A stretch of 64,000 nt of DNA from Sphingomonas bacterium (GTDB lineage Bacteria > Pseudomonadota > Alphaproteobacteria > Sphingomonadales > Sphingomonadaceae), in contig NZ_JAQGLC010000082.1 of NCBI RefSeq assembly GCF_028293085.1, forward strand, positions 7,615 through 71,614, in the 5' to 3' direction. Positions 27,676-38,058 of this stretch are shown here, in pieces (positions within the stretch are counted from its first letter, which is position 1; the number at the start of each line of letters is the position of its first letter). Below the pieces are notes generated by a model. That model did not search any database. It saw nothing but the letters and a program-made list of their open reading frames with translations, and was not told the DNA's origin. A program made the position numbers and the translations under genes.

Positions 27676-30189
27676 ATGAAGATATCGAAGAACAGGCTCG
27701 TGGTGCGCTCTGCGCTCCTATGCTCGACCGCATTCATGGCGGCGCCCGCTTTCGCCCAGGAGACGCCGGCCGTAGCCGCGCCGGCCGGTCAACAAGCGGC
27801 ATCCGACGAAGCGCGCGAAGGCGGCCTCGAGGATATCGTCGTCACCGCGCGCAAGCGGAACGAGAATTTGCAGAATATCCCGGTCGCCGAAACGGTGATC
27901 TCCAAGGCCCAGATCGACAATCTCTCGATCAACACGGTCGAGAAGATCGCCGCGCTCGCGCCGCAGCTCATCGTCAGTCGCAACGGCTCCGGTAACGGTG
28001 CATCGATTGGCTTGCGCGGCGTCTCGGTGAACGCGACCTCGATCAGCCTGGAGCAGTCCGTCGCGATCGTCGTGGACGGCGTCTATTATTCGGGTGGACG
28101 TGCGCTCAACATCGGCATGTTCGATCTGCAGCAGGCGGAAGTCCTGAAGGGGCCACAGTCGCTGTTCTACGGCAAGAATACGACTGCCGGCGCCATCTCG
28201 CTCACCACTGCCGATCCGACCAAGGATTTCCAGGCGATGCTTCGCGGCGGCTATGAGTTCCGCGGCCACAATCCCTACGCAGAAGGTTATATCTCCGGCC
28301 CGATCACCGACAGCCTCTCATTCCGCATCGCGGGCCGCTACACCAAGCAGTTCGACGCTCTGATCAAGAACCTGTCGACCGCGCAGACCACCTATACCAA
28401 GGATATCGCGACCGGCGTCACCACGCAGCACACCTATCCGGGCGCCGACAATACCGGTGAGCGCAGCACGACGATCCGCGCATCGCTGAAGTTCGATCCC
28501 GGCAGCGGCTTCACCGCTACGCTCAAGAACACCTACAACAAATATGATTCGAATACGCCCAACTCGGCGGCCGTCATCGCCGTCTGCGAGGCGCTGGGTC
28601 ATATTCAGACCGACGCGAACGCGCCGTGCGGCCACAAGTTCGAGCAGGTGCAGGGCGCGGTACCGGCCGACATCGCCGCGACCTTGCCCTTTGCCGGCCG
28701 CAAGGGCGGACGGCCCTATCTCGATTTCAAGGAGTGGAACTCCACCCTCAATCTCGAATATGCGACCGATCATGTCACCTTCAACCTGACCCCGGCCTAT
28801 ACGGTCTGGACGGACTATTGGAACGGCGACTTCGACTTCACCGATGGCTATCTGAGCCGCAGCCCGACGGTTGGCGGCAGCGGCGGCAACAACGGCAACA
28901 CCCGCGAGCAGCAGCGCGCCTTCTCGCTCGAAGGCCGCGCCCAGACGCACTTCTCCGGCGGCCTGAACGTCATGGTCGGCGGCTATTACCAGAAGAGCGA
29001 TCTCTATTTCAGCCAGGAAAATATCTTCCCGGGCGGCGTCGATAATTCGGCCGCGTCGCAAACCAAATATCGCTATCTCACGGTGTACAAGGATGGTGTT
29101 ACCCATGGGAACACCTATGCCGCGTTCGGCCAGGTGCTGTGGGACATTTCGTCGCAGCTGAACGTCACCGCCGGCGCGCGCTACACGCATGAGACGAAGG
29201 CCTCGTCGCTGAACCAGCCTTATGTCTATCCGGGCTCGCTCGGATCGTTCGCGGTGGCCAAGATCGCCGCCGACCAGACGTTCGACAACTTCTCGCCCGA
29301 AGGCACGATTTCCTACAAGCCGGTGTCCAACGTCACGGTCTATGCGTCGTACAAGACCGGCTATAAATCGGGCGGCTTCTCGATCTCCGGCACGATCTCG
29401 CCGCAGACCCAGGCGAGCGATGCGGCCTTCCAGCCCGAAAAGGTCCGCGGCTTCGAAGGCGGCGTCAAATCGACCCTGTTCGGGAATCAGCTGCGCCTGA
29501 ACGCGGACGTCTTCCACTATATCTATTCGGGTCTGCAGGTCGATTATTTCGATCCGCTGACGATCCGCTATTTCACCCTCAACGCCGGCAAGGCGCGGAC
29601 CCAGGGTGCCGAACTCGATCTCGAATTCTCGCCCTATTCGGCGCCGGGCCTCACCCTGCGCGGGTCGTTTGCCTATACCGACGCGATCTACACCAGCTTC
29701 GGTATCGCGCCATGCGTCGGCGGCCAGCGGGTCAACGAGGGCTGCAACCTTGCCCAGAATACGACCACCCTGGTCTATACCAAGCAGAGCCTGACCGGGC
29801 AGGAGACCCCGCAGGCCCCGCCGATTACCGCGACCGCAAGCGTGGACTATACCACGCCGATCAGCGACGGCTTGAAGATCGGCTTCTCGCTCAACGGCCG
29901 GTACAGCGATCGCTACAAGATCTACGCCTTCGCACCGGACAGCGCGTCGCGCTTCTATCAGAATTCCTATGCGACGATCGATGCGAGCATCCGCCTGTTC
30001 TCCGAGGCGAACAAGTGGGAGCTGGCGCTGATCGGCAAGAACCTGACGAACCACTTCATCGAATCGTCCGGCTTTGATCTCACCTATACCGGTTCGGGAG
30101 CGGGCACCGCGACTGGCGTCCATGCCGATACGCGTACCTCGGTCTACGATCCCCGCACCATCGCGGTGCAGGCGACGGTGCGCTTCTGA
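27676..30189 (+). CDS. TonB-dependent receptor
   Basis: Signal peptide, EDIVVTARKR, EVLKGPQSLFYGKN, GYKSGGF, C-terminal aromatic residue (VRF). Confidence 0.95.
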   Translation: MKISKNRLVVRSALLCSTAFMAAPAFAQETPAVAAPAGQQAASDEAREGGLEDIVVTARKRNENLQNIPVAETVISKAQIDNLSINTVEKIAALAPQLIVSRNGSGNGASIGLRGVSVNATSISLEQSVAIVVDGVYYSGGRALNIGMFDLQQAEVLKGPQSLFYGKNTTAGAISLTTADPTKDFQAMLRGGYEFRGHNPYAEGYISGPITDSLSFRIAGRYTKQFDALIKNLSTAQTTYTKDIATGVTTQHTYPGADNTGERSTTIRASLKFDPGSGFTATLKNTYNKYDSNTPNSAAVIAVCEALGHIQTDANAPCGHKFEQVQGAVPADIAATLPFAGRKGGRPYLDFKEWNSTLNLEYATDHVTFNLTPAYTVWTDYWNGDFDFTDGYLSRSPTVGGSGGNNGNTREQQRAFSLEGRAQTHFSGGLNVMVGGYYQKSDLYFSQENIFPGGVDNSAASQTKYRYLTVYKDGVTHGNTYAAFGQVLWDISSQLNVTAGARYTHETKASSLNQPYVYPGSLGSFAVAKIAADQTFDNFSPEGTISYKPVSNVTVYASYKTGYKSGGFSISGTISPQTQASDAAFQPEKVRGFEGGVKSTLFGNQLRLNADVFHYIYSGLQVDYFDPLTIRYFTLNAGKARTQGAELDLEFSPYSAPGLTLRGSFAYTDAIYTSFGIAPCVGGQRVNEGCNLAQNTTTLVYTKQSLTGQETPQAPPITATASVDYTTPISDGLKIGFSLNGRYSDRYKIYAFAPDSASRFYQNSYATIDASIRLFSEANKWELALIGKNLTNHFIESSGFDLTYTGSGAGTATGVHADTRTSVYDPRTIAVQATVRF

Positions 30190-30215
30190 TCGCTCTGACT
30201 GATCGTTGATACACT

Positions 30216-30250
30216 GAAGGGCGGCATCCTTGGGGATGCCGCCCTTCTTC
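30216..30250. terminator. bidirectional intrinsic terminator
   Basis: Perfect 14-bp stem GAAGGGCGGCATCC-TTGG-GGATGCCGCCCTTC between convergent genes. Confidence 0.8.
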
Positions 30251-30287
30251 GTTGCGGCGATGGCCACCGGGCCTTCGGCGTTTCTGA

Positions 30288-30623
30288 TCAGATCTGGGAT
30301 TTGGGCAGTCTTATCGTCACGCCCGAAAGCCCGGGCACGACGCGGATCTGGCACGAAAGGCGGCTGTTGGGTTGCCGCGGGGATGCCGTTCCCTCCAGCA
30401 TCTCGTCCTCCTGCTCCTCGATCGGCGGCAGGGCCGCGAGGAACGCTTCGTCGACATAGACGTGGCAGGTCGCACAGACGCATTCGCCGCCGCATTCGGC
30501 GGTGATGCCGGGGATACCCTCATTGATCGCTGCTTCCATCACGCTGAGGCCGGGCGCCACGTCGATCGTCCATTCCCTGCCGTTCGGATGGATATACCGA
30601 ACGGAAACCGCGTCATCGCTCAT
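30288..30623 (-). CDS. 2Fe-2S ferredoxin (putidaredoxin/adrenodoxin type)
   Basis: AECGGECVCATCHVYV ... SRLSCQI. Confidence 0.95.
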   Translation of the reverse strand: MSDDAVSVRYIHPNGREWTIDVAPGLSVMEAAINEGIPGITAECGGECVCATCHVYVDEAFLAALPPIEEQEDEMLEGTASPRQPNSRLSCQIRVVPGLSGVTIRLPKSQI

Positions 30624-30632
30624 CGGGTGCGC

Positions 30633-30857
30633 CTATTCCTGGACGGTCAGTTCGATCGCCCCTTCCGGACACACCAATGCACCTAGCTTGGCCTGCCTGG
30701 CGAGGTCCGGCCCGACGATCGTCCCGTCGGAGATGCAGAAACCCTCATCGTCCAGCTTGTAGACGTCGGGCGCCCGTGCCGCGCACAGCGCGTGCCCCGC
30801 GCACAGAGAGCGGTCGACATGCACCACGAACGTCTCGGTTTCGGGCTCGTCACTCAT
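30633..30857 (-). CDS. 3Fe-4S-type ferredoxin (CxxHxxC...CP)
   Basis: VDRSLCAGHALCAARAPDVY.LDDEG ... CPEGAI. Confidence 0.88.
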   Translation of the reverse strand: MSDEPETETFVVHVDRSLCAGHALCAARAPDVYKLDDEGFCISDGTIVGPDLARQAKLGALVCPEGAIELTVQE

Positions 30858-30882
30858 AGGGAATCCTTTTCTTCGCGATGGG

Positions 30883-32121
30883 TCAGGGCCAGGCGAGCGG
30901 TACCCGGGCGGCCGTCCAGACGGTTCCGCCCTTGGTGATCTCCGGCGAATCGTCGGGATCGACGCGGAAGGTCGGGAAGCGCTTCGTCCATTCCTCGAGC
31001 AGCACGCGCACCTCGATCCGCGCCAGATGCGATCCCGCGCAGCGGTGCACGCCGGTGCCGAAGACGAGATGTTGGCTCGCCTCCCGGTCGAAATCGACGG
31101 TGTAGCTGTCTTCGTTGAGCTTCGGGTCGAACCCGGCGAGCGGGAGAATGAAGACGATACGATCGTCCTTTTTCAGCGCGACGCCGGCATAGTCCTCAAG
31201 GTCGCGCGTCACCCCGCGTTCGGGATTGGACGGACCGCTTATCCGCAGCAGCTCCTCGATTCCGGCCGGGATCAGTTCGGGATCGGCGACGAGCCGCGCA
31301 TAGTGATCCGGGTTGCGCGCCAGATGCAGTATGATGAACGAGATTGCCGACTTGACCGTGTCGAGCCCCGCCACGAACAGCTGGACGCCGAGCCCATCGA
31401 GCTCCTCCTGGGTAAGCTCGCGGCCCTGCGCACCGAGTTTCGCGACCTGGGTCAGCATATTGTCGGCCGCATCCGCGCCGCGGCGTTCGCTCAGGCCGCG
31501 GATATAGCGGGCCAGATCCTCGGTCGCGACCGATCGGATCTCGCGGTTCGAGGAGCGGGTGTAATTGCCCGCATAGCGCAGCAGTTCGTCCCGGTCCGAC
31601 ATGGGCGCGCCGACCAGGCTCAGGAAGATCGCAATGGGGAAATATTCGGCGAATTCGGAAACGAACTCGCATTTGCCCTGGGGCTGGATCTTGTCGATCA
31701 GCCCGGTCGCGATCGCACGGATATCCGGCTCGATCTTGCGCATATTGCCGGGCGAGAAGACCGGGCTCAGCGCGCGGCGATAATCGGTATGGGCGGGCGG
31801 ATCGACCTGGCTGGGCAGAAGCATCGTCGCGAACCGGCGGGTCTTGTTGTAATCCGGATGCGACGAGAACAGCTCGGTATCGCGCAGCATCCTCACCGAC
31901 AGCTCCGCGCCTTGCACGATCCAGTGGCCGCCATTGCGCGGCGTCCAGAAGATTTCGCCGGCATTGTCGCGCAGCGCCCGCGCGCATTCGGCATGCGACC
32001 CGCTATCGCTCAGCGACGAGAGATAGTCGTAATCGTACACCGCCGATGGCGGCACATGCGCCGGGATCGGCGTTTGCTGGTGATCGAACGGGCAACCCGT
32101 CGCGGCGGCGGTCACGGCCAT
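30883..32121 (-). CDS. cytochrome P450 (CYP101/P450cam-like)
   Basis: PAHVP, FWTPRNGGHW, DPPAH, AGLDTV, EELLR, FGTGVHRCAG. Confidence 0.93.
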   Translation of the reverse strand: MAVTAAATGCPFDHQQTPIPAHVPPSAVYDYDYLSSLSDSGSHAECARALRDNAGEIFWTPRNGGHWIVQGAELSVRMLRDTELFSSHPDYNKTRRFATMLLPSQVDPPAHTDYRRALSPVFSPGNMRKIEPDIRAIATGLIDKIQPQGKCEFVSEFAEYFPIAIFLSLVGAPMSDRDELLRYAGNYTRSSNREIRSVATEDLARYIRGLSERRGADAADNMLTQVAKLGAQGRELTQEELDGLGVQLFVAGLDTVKSAISFIILHLARNPDHYARLVADPELIPAGIEELLRISGPSNPERGVTRDLEDYAGVALKKDDRIVFILPLAGFDPKLNEDSYTVDFDREASQHLVFGTGVHRCAGSHLARIEVRVLLEEWTKRFPTFRVDPDDSPEITKGGTVWTAARVPLAWP

Positions 32122-33329
32122 AGAATCGGCACCTCTTCCGGAGTCCAAACCGAACCCTGGCCCATCTTCGCCGGCTTGGCGGGATCGAGCCGGAAGGTCG
32201 GAAAGCGGCGGGTCCATTCTTCAAGGAAGACGCGGATCTCCAGCCGGGCGAGATGCGATCCGGCGCAGCGGTGCACGCCGGTGCCGAACACGACATGCTG
32301 GCTGATCTCGCGGTGGAAATCGACACGATTGGGATCGTCGTTCAGGTGCGGATCGAAGCTCATGAAGGGCAGAAAGAACAGGACGCGGTCGCCCTTCTTC
32401 AGGCTGACGCCTTCATAATCGACGTCGCGCGTCACCGCGCGTTCGGGGAGCGAGGTGCCGCTTATCCGGATCAGCTCCTCGACTGCGGCGGGGATCAGGC
32501 TCTTGTCCTGAACGATCCGGGCATATTGCTCCGGATGGCGGCCGAGATAGAGGGTGACGAACGAGAGCACCGATTTGACCGTGTCGAGCCCGCCCAGGAA
32601 CAGCAGGGTGCCCAAACCGTTCAGCTCCTCCTCGTTCAGCGGCCTCCCGTTGAAATCCGACAGCAGGAACCGGCTCAATACGTCCTCGCCAAGATTGTTT
32701 CGACGTTCGGCGTAGAGCTTGGTCAGGTAGCGTGCGAGGCCCTGGGTTCCCTGCGTCCGGATCTTCACATCCGCGGTGCGGGTAAACATCGCGGCATAGC
32801 TCAGCAGCTCCTCGCGATCGTCGAGCGACGCGCCAACCAGCTTGAGGAACACGAAGATCGGGAATTTCTCCCCGAATTCGGTGACAAACTCGCACCCGCC
32901 GCGCGGCTCGATCTCGTCGATCAGCGCGTTCACCGTCACGCGGATATTGTCTTCCATCTTGCGCACGTTGCCGGGCGCGAAGAAGGAACCGAGCACCTTG
33001 CGATATTCGCCCTGATCCGGCGGGTCGGCCTGGAGCGGCAGCAGCTTCGGCGTGAACCGCCGCGCCTCATTATGCTTGGGGTCGGCCGAGAATAATTCGT
33101 TGTCGCGGAGCATTTGTACGGCGAGTTCTGCCCCCTGCACGATCCAGATGCCGCCGTTGCGTGGGGTGAAGAACATGTCGCCATTCTTCTCGCGTAGCCG
33201 GTTGGCCCAGGTCTTTTGCGGTTCCAGCGATTGGACGGGGGCAAGGACGTGATCGAAATCACAAACGAGCGATTCCGGAATGTGCGCCGGTACGGCGAGG
33301 CCCTGCTCAAGCACTTTCAGATTCCTCAC
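32112..33329 (-). CDS. cytochrome P450 (CYP101-like), tandem paralog
   Basis: VPAHIP, TPRNGG.W, GGLDTV, EELIR, FGTGVHRCAG. Confidence 0.93.
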   Translation of the reverse strand: MRNLKVLEQGLAVPAHIPESLVCDFDHVLAPVQSLEPQKTWANRLREKNGDMFFTPRNGGIWIVQGAELAVQMLRDNELFSADPKHNEARRFTPKLLPLQADPPDQGEYRKVLGSFFAPGNVRKMEDNIRVTVNALIDEIEPRGGCEFVTEFGEKFPIFVFLKLVGASLDDREELLSYAAMFTRTADVKIRTQGTQGLARYLTKLYAERRNNLGEDVLSRFLLSDFNGRPLNEEELNGLGTLLFLGGLDTVKSVLSFVTLYLGRHPEQYARIVQDKSLIPAAVEELIRISGTSLPERAVTRDVDYEGVSLKKGDRVLFFLPFMSFDPHLNDDPNRVDFHREISQHVVFGTGVHRCAGSHLARLEIRVFLEEWTRRFPTFRLDPAKPAKMGQGSVWTPEEVPILWP

Positions 33330-33495
33330 GCCTTGGTGTGTGTATTTGTTGCGGTTCTACCATGGCGGCTGGCCGCGGGACTTGACTGTCCATATGATTT
33401 GCTTGTCCAAGAATCGTTGCGTCGGATGGCTCTCGGGTGCAGGTTCCGGCGGGCGATGGGGTTGTTCCCAGTCGTGAATCCTGACGAGGCAAACC

Positions 33496-34455
33496 ATGTC
33501 GGAACAGATCGAGGCATCGGTACAGGCGCTGCGCCAATTGGTGAGCGACGCCTATTATCCGGTGACCATGAGCGGTGCGGCGGGCGAGGGGCCGGTCCAG
33601 GTTCGCTATGTCACGCGTGGGGGCGGGTGGCTGAAGAGCACGCGCGGCAAGGTGGAGCATGTGGCCCCGATCCGCGGCTCACGATCGTGGCGTGAGATCG
33701 AGCAGGATGGCCGCGACGAATTCATGCTCGTCGCGCCGCGCTCGGGGGAGATCATCCATCGCCAGTTCGGGCGGACGACCCGGATCGGGCCGGGCCAGAT
33801 GGTGCTGATCGCGGCGGGCGCTCCCTATGAGTTCGAGCGCCTGGAAACGGGCGAGATTACCGCGCATCATTTGCCTGGGTCGATCGTGCGCGAGATCCTG
33901 CCGAAGCCCGAAGATCTGTGCGCGGTGGCCTTTGCCTCCAACCGGGGCATTGGGGATGCGATCCGCTCGCTCTGTGCCTCCGCGTGGCGCGAGATGGCGC
34001 ATCTCGACGATGCCGAGCGCTTCCTGATCGTCGGCAACATCGTCACGCTGCTCAGTGCTGCATGCCGGGGGAAAGGCAAGCGCGGTGCCAGGGCAGGCCG
34101 CCCGGTCGCCGCGCTGCCACCGTTCGCGCGGGCGATCGAATATATCGAGGCGTCGGTCGACGATCCCGATCTCGGACCGGGCAAGATCGCCGATGCCGTC
34201 GGGGTTTCGCTCAGCCATCTCCACGCGCTCATGAAAAAGCATGGGACCACCGCGGGACGGATGGTCATGCAGACGCGGCTCGACCGGTGCGCGCGGGATT
34301 TGCGGGCGCTGTCGCCCGAGGACGCCCGGGTCAGCGACATCGCCTTTCGCTGGGGCTTCAACGATGCGGCGCATTTCAGCCGCCGTTTCCGCAGCCGCTT
34401 CGGCTGTTCCGCGACGGCTTATCGCAGTCAGTCCGACTCGCCCGATAGACGTTGA
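33496..34455 (+). CDS. AraC family regulator (FeaR-like)
   Basis: IADAVGVSLSHL ... VSDIAFRWGFNDAAHFSRRFRSRFG; divergent from the P450 pair. Confidence 0.92.
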   Translation: MSEQIEASVQALRQLVSDAYYPVTMSGAAGEGPVQVRYVTRGGGWLKSTRGKVEHVAPIRGSRSWREIEQDGRDEFMLVAPRSGEIIHRQFGRTTRIGPGQMVLIAAGAPYEFERLETGEITAHHLPGSIVREILPKPEDLCAVAFASNRGIGDAIRSLCASAWREMAHLDDAERFLIVGNIVTLLSAACRGKGKRGARAGRPVAALPPFARAIEYIEASVDDPDLGPGKIADAVGVSLSHLHALMKKHGTTAGRMVMQTRLDRCARDLRALSPEDARVSDIAFRWGFNDAAHFSRRFRSRFGCSATAYRSQSDSPDRR

Positions 34456-34473
34456 CGCCCCCGAAGCACGATC

Positions 34474-34493
34474 CTAGTTGTATGGGCAACTAG
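34474..34493. promoter_or_regulatory. palindrome CTAGTTG-N6-CAACTAG (motif C-like)
   Basis: Perfect 7-bp arms upstream of the SDR at 34559. Confidence 0.5.
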
Positions 34494-34558
34494 AGTCGTC
34501 CAGTTGCAGATTTGTGCAGCACTTTATCCGGACGCCGTGCGTGGAAGGGATATCGGAA

Positions 34559-35374
34559 ATGGGCGATCGTCTAGCCGGAAAAGTCGCGATCATCACCGGT
34601 GCCTCGAAGGGGATCGGCGCTGCCGACGCGCGGCTGTTCGCCGCCGAAGGGGCGCAGCTGGTCCTCACCGATGTCGATGTCGGGGCTGGTGAGGCGCTTG
34701 CCGCCGAGCTTGGACCGGACACGCTGTTCGTTCGGCACGACGTGCGCTTCGAGACCGAATGGCAGAAGGTTATCGCGCTCGCCGAGGAGCGTTTCGGCAA
34801 GGTCGATATCCTCGTCAACAATGCCGGGGTGGCCAACCCGGGAACGCCCGAGAGCTTTCGCGAGGAGGATTATCGCTTCAATCTCGCGGTCAATGTCGAT
34901 GGCGTCGTTTTTGGCTGCAAGCACGCGATAGCGGCGATGCGCCGCGCCGGCGGCGGCTCGATCGTCAACATGTCCTCGATCTCGGCGGCCCGCGGCGAGC
35001 CCAATATGGCGATCTATTCCGCCACCAAGGGCGCGGTCGATGCCTATAGCCGGACGGTCGCGGTCTATTGCGCTCAGCTCGGCCTGCCGATCCGCTGCAA
35101 CTCGGTCCTGCCCAACGGCATCTCGACCCCGATGATCGACTCCTTGCCCGAGAAATATGCCCAGGTGGGCGCCGATACGTTGCTCAAGGGCGTGCCGAGC
35201 GCGGCGAACCTGCGCGGCGAGCCGCAGGATGTCGCCTATCTCGTACTCTATCTGGCCTCGGATGAATCCCGCTGGGTCAGCGGCCAGTCGATCCTGATCG
35301 ACAACAGCGCGGGCGCGACCAAGGGCTATGTTCCGCCAGCGGTCGTGCCGGGCACCGCGGCCACAACGGACTGA
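34559..35374 (+). CDS. SDR (3beta/17beta-HSD or cyclic-alcohol dehydrogenase-like)
   Basis: TGASKGIG, VNNAG, NMSS, YSATK, IRCNSV.P. Confidence 0.9.
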   Translation: MGDRLAGKVAIITGASKGIGAADARLFAAEGAQLVLTDVDVGAGEALAAELGPDTLFVRHDVRFETEWQKVIALAEERFGKVDILVNNAGVANPGTPESFREEDYRFNLAVNVDGVVFGCKHAIAAMRRAGGGSIVNMSSISAARGEPNMAIYSATKGAVDAYSRTVAVYCAQLGLPIRCNSVLPNGISTPMIDSLPEKYAQVGADTLLKGVPSAANLRGEPQDVAYLVLYLASDESRWVSGQSILIDNSAGATKGYVPPAVVPGTAATTD

Positions 35375-35386
35375 CGAACAGCGCGA

Positions 35387-35429
35387 TTGACCGAAAAAGC
35401 GTAGACATGTAGATCATCATGATAAATTA
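35387..35429 (+). promoter_or_regulatory. putative sigma70 promoter (TTGACC-17-TAGATC) overlapped by motif A operator at 35412-35429
   Basis: Reverse strand TAATTTATCATGATGATC is 16/18 to the motif A core. Confidence 0.55.
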
Positions 35430-35489
35430 TTCGCCGATGCCGATCCGCAGTATCGCGACACCGGCCGCTGCGTGACAGGAGTGGACGAC

Positions 35490-36797
35490 GTGACCGACAT
35501 CCGGGAAAAAGCCGAGGAGCGCGCAGCCGGCACTGGAGGCTGCCCAGTCGCGCACGACTCGCAGGGCGTGTCGCTGACGCTGACCGATCATGAGGTGTCG
35601 AGCGACCCGTACGAGCTCTATGCCGAGCTCCACGCGAAATGCCCGGTGTTCCGCGAGCCCAATCTCGGCCACTACATCATCAGCGGCTATGACGACCTGA
35701 AGGCCGCGCTCCAGAATCATGGCGATTTCTCCGCCGAGATCGACCGTCCGTCGATCATGCAGGGCGAGAACACCCGATATTTCCGCGACGTGCTGCGCGA
35801 GAAGGGCTGGCTCCACGAGCCGACACTGCAGCGTACCGATCCGCCGCGCCATGGCCGCGTTCGAAAGATCGTCAACCGAGCCTTCGGCTCGGCGCAGGTG
35901 CGCGGGGTGGCGCCGCGCGTCCAGGAACTCGCCAACCAGCTGATCGACAAATTCATCGCCAGGGGAGAATGCGATTTCATCGACGAGTTCGCGCTGCCGC
36001 TGCCGGGCACCGTGATCGCCGAACTGATCGGCCTCGATACCGCGGACTGGCGCCGGTACAAGGCGTGGTCCGACAATCTCTTCACCTATGTCGCGGCAGT
36101 GCTCACGCCCGAGCAGTTGCGCGAGGCCGGCGAGATCGAAGTCGAGATGCAGCAGTTCCTCGCCAAGCAGTTCGAGGAGCGCCGCAAGGAGCCGCGCGAC
36201 GATCTGCTCAGCGTGCTGCTGAGTACCGAGGAGGGCGAAGAGCCCTTGTCGATGGAGGAGTTGCAGAGCGTCATGAGCCAGCTGATGGCCGGCGGTTACG
36301 AGACGCTGACCAGCGCAATGAGCCACGGCATGCGCCAGTGGATCATGTTCCCCGAAGTCGTCGAGGAGCTGCGCGCCGACCGCACGCTGGTGCCGAAGTT
36401 CATCAACGAGAGCCTGCGCTTCGAGAGCCCGGTCCAGGGCCTGTACCGCATCGCCATGCGCGACGTGGAGCTGCACGGCGTCACCATCCCCAAGGGCGCC
36501 ACGGTCAACATGCGGTACGCCGCGGCCAACCGCGATCCGCGCCAGTTCGAAAATCCCGACCAGTTCGACATTCACCGCAAGAACGGCATGTCGCAGATCG
36601 CATTTGGCGCTTTCACCCATGCCTGTGTCGGGCTCAACCTCGCCCGCTCCGAGCTCAATATCGCCTACAACACATTGCTCGACCGCATGGAGAATTTCCA
36701 GCTCGCCCGGCCGTTGCCGCACCCGGTCCATCGGCAGAGCGTCGCCTATATCCCGATGAAGGAACTCCACATCAAGTTCGACGCGATCAAGCGCTGA
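35490..36797 (+). CDS. cytochrome P450
   Basis: DPPRHGRVR, AGGYETL, ESLRFESP, AANRDP, FGAFTHACVG; GTG start after AGGAG (alternative start 35472). Confidence 0.93.
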   Translation: MTDIREKAEERAAGTGGCPVAHDSQGVSLTLTDHEVSSDPYELYAELHAKCPVFREPNLGHYIISGYDDLKAALQNHGDFSAEIDRPSIMQGENTRYFRDVLREKGWLHEPTLQRTDPPRHGRVRKIVNRAFGSAQVRGVAPRVQELANQLIDKFIARGECDFIDEFALPLPGTVIAELIGLDTADWRRYKAWSDNLFTYVAAVLTPEQLREAGEIEVEMQQFLAKQFEERRKEPRDDLLSVLLSTEEGEEPLSMEELQSVMSQLMAGGYETLTSAMSHGMRQWIMFPEVVEELRADRTLVPKFINESLRFESPVQGLYRIAMRDVELHGVTIPKGATVNMRYAAANRDPRQFENPDQFDIHRKNGMSQIAFGAFTHACVGLNLARSELNIAYNTLLDRMENFQLARPLPHPVHRQSVAYIPMKELHIKFDAIKR

Positions 36798-37633
36798 TGT
36801 CGGAAAACGGCGTGTCGGACGCGCCCGTCGCGATCGTCATTGGTGGGGCGAGCGGGATCGGTGCCGCGACCGCGCAGATGCTCGCTGAGCTGGGATGGCA
36901 TACGATCCTCGCCGACTTGAACCGGGTGGGCGGCGAGGCGACAGCGGCGCGGATCGGTAACGCTGAATTCATCGTGACCGACGTCTCGAACGAAGCCGAG
37001 GTCGAGGCGGTGGTGGCGCGGGCGATGGCGCGCTTCGGGCGGCTCGATTGCCTGGTGCATAGCGCCGGCCTGGTCGGCGCGACCGGCACGATCCTCGAGA
37101 TGACGGGCGAGAGCTGGCGCAAGACCAATGCCGTCCTGTTCGATAGCGTCTTCTACGCGATCAAGCATACCGCCAGGGCGATGGCCCCGGCCAATCGCGG
37201 TGCGATCGTCGTTGTGTCAAGCATCGCCGGCGTGGTCGGCGGCGTCGGGGCGCATGCCTATACCGCGGCCAAACACGGCGTGATCGGCCTGGTGAAATCC
37301 GCCGCATCCGAACTGGCGGCGATGGGGATTACGGTCAACAGCGTCGCGCCGGGCAGCACGGTGACGCCGCTGGTGAGCAGCCTGCGCGGCAGCGTCGAGG
37401 CCGCAATCCAGGGCTCGATCGACACCTCGCCGCTCCGCCGCCCGATCATGCCCGAAGATATCGCGCGGACGATCCTGTTCTTCGTCGGCGAGGGTGGGCG
37501 CAACATCACGGGGCAGACATTGGTCGTCGATGGCGGCCGCATGGTCGCGGCTGGATCGGGCGGCCCGGGCGCGGTCAATTTCCATGACAAGCCGGCGGTC
37601 TTTATCCCGGCCGTGTCGCAGCAGGCCGGGTGA
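36797..37633 (+). CDS. SDR
   Basis: GGASGIG, YTAAK, VNSVAPG, ITGQTLVVDGG; TGATG overlap. Confidence 0.9.
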   Translation: MSENGVSDAPVAIVIGGASGIGAATAQMLAELGWHTILADLNRVGGEATAARIGNAEFIVTDVSNEAEVEAVVARAMARFGRLDCLVHSAGLVGATGTILEMTGESWRKTNAVLFDSVFYAIKHTARAMAPANRGAIVVVSSIAGVVGGVGAHAYTAAKHGVIGLVKSAASELAAMGITVNSVAPGSTVTPLVSSLRGSVEAAIQGSIDTSPLRRPIMPEDIARTILFFVGEGGRNITGQTLVVDGGRMVAAGSGGPGAVNFHDKPAVFIPAVSQQAG

Positions 37634-38058
37634 TGGCGCTCGATCCCCGGCTTGAGGAGCTGCTCTCGAAACAGGAGATCGCCGAGCAGCTCTCTCGCTA
37701 TGCGCAGGGCTGCGACCAGGTTGATCGGACGAAGCTGGAGGCGTGCTTCCACCCCGGCGCAACGACCCGGCAAGGAACGCAGGACGGGACGTCCGCTGCG
37801 TTCATCGATTATGCGCTGGAAGTCTGCGGCAGGCTGCGGGGCTGCTCGCACATGATATCGAACATCGTGATCGCCATCGACGGCGACAGCGCCGAGTCCG
37901 AGGCGCATTTTTTCGCGCATCACGATCTCGGCGAAGCCAAGGGCGACCGGTTCGTGAAGGGCCGGTACATCGATAATTGGGCGCGTCGCGACGGCGCGTG
38001 GAAGATCGTCCACCGCGTCGGTGCCTATGAGCTCGATCGCACCGTCGGCGTGGTGTGA
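37633..38058 (+). CDS. NTF2/SnoaL-like protein (copy 3)
   Basis: RYAQGCD, SHMISN, GRYID, DGAWKI. Confidence 0.85.
   Translation: MALDPRLEELLSKQEIAEQLSRYAQGCDQVDRTKLEACFHPGATTRQGTQDGTSAAFIDYALEVCGRLRGCSHMISNIVIAIDGDSAESEAHFFAHHDLGEAKGDRFVKGRYIDNWARRDGAWKIVHRVGAYELDRTVGVV

Noticed and set aside
33386-33409. TGTCCA direct repeat as an AraC site
   Set aside because: Only a 6-bp repeat; plausible but not distinguishable from chance
35969-37633. Apparent N-terminal extensions or fusions (also 465-1946, 21879-23297, 55945-57126, 56355-58148, 62185-63828)
   Set aside because: Extensions overlap upstream genes in another frame; real starts lie at stop/start overlaps or RBS-backed codons
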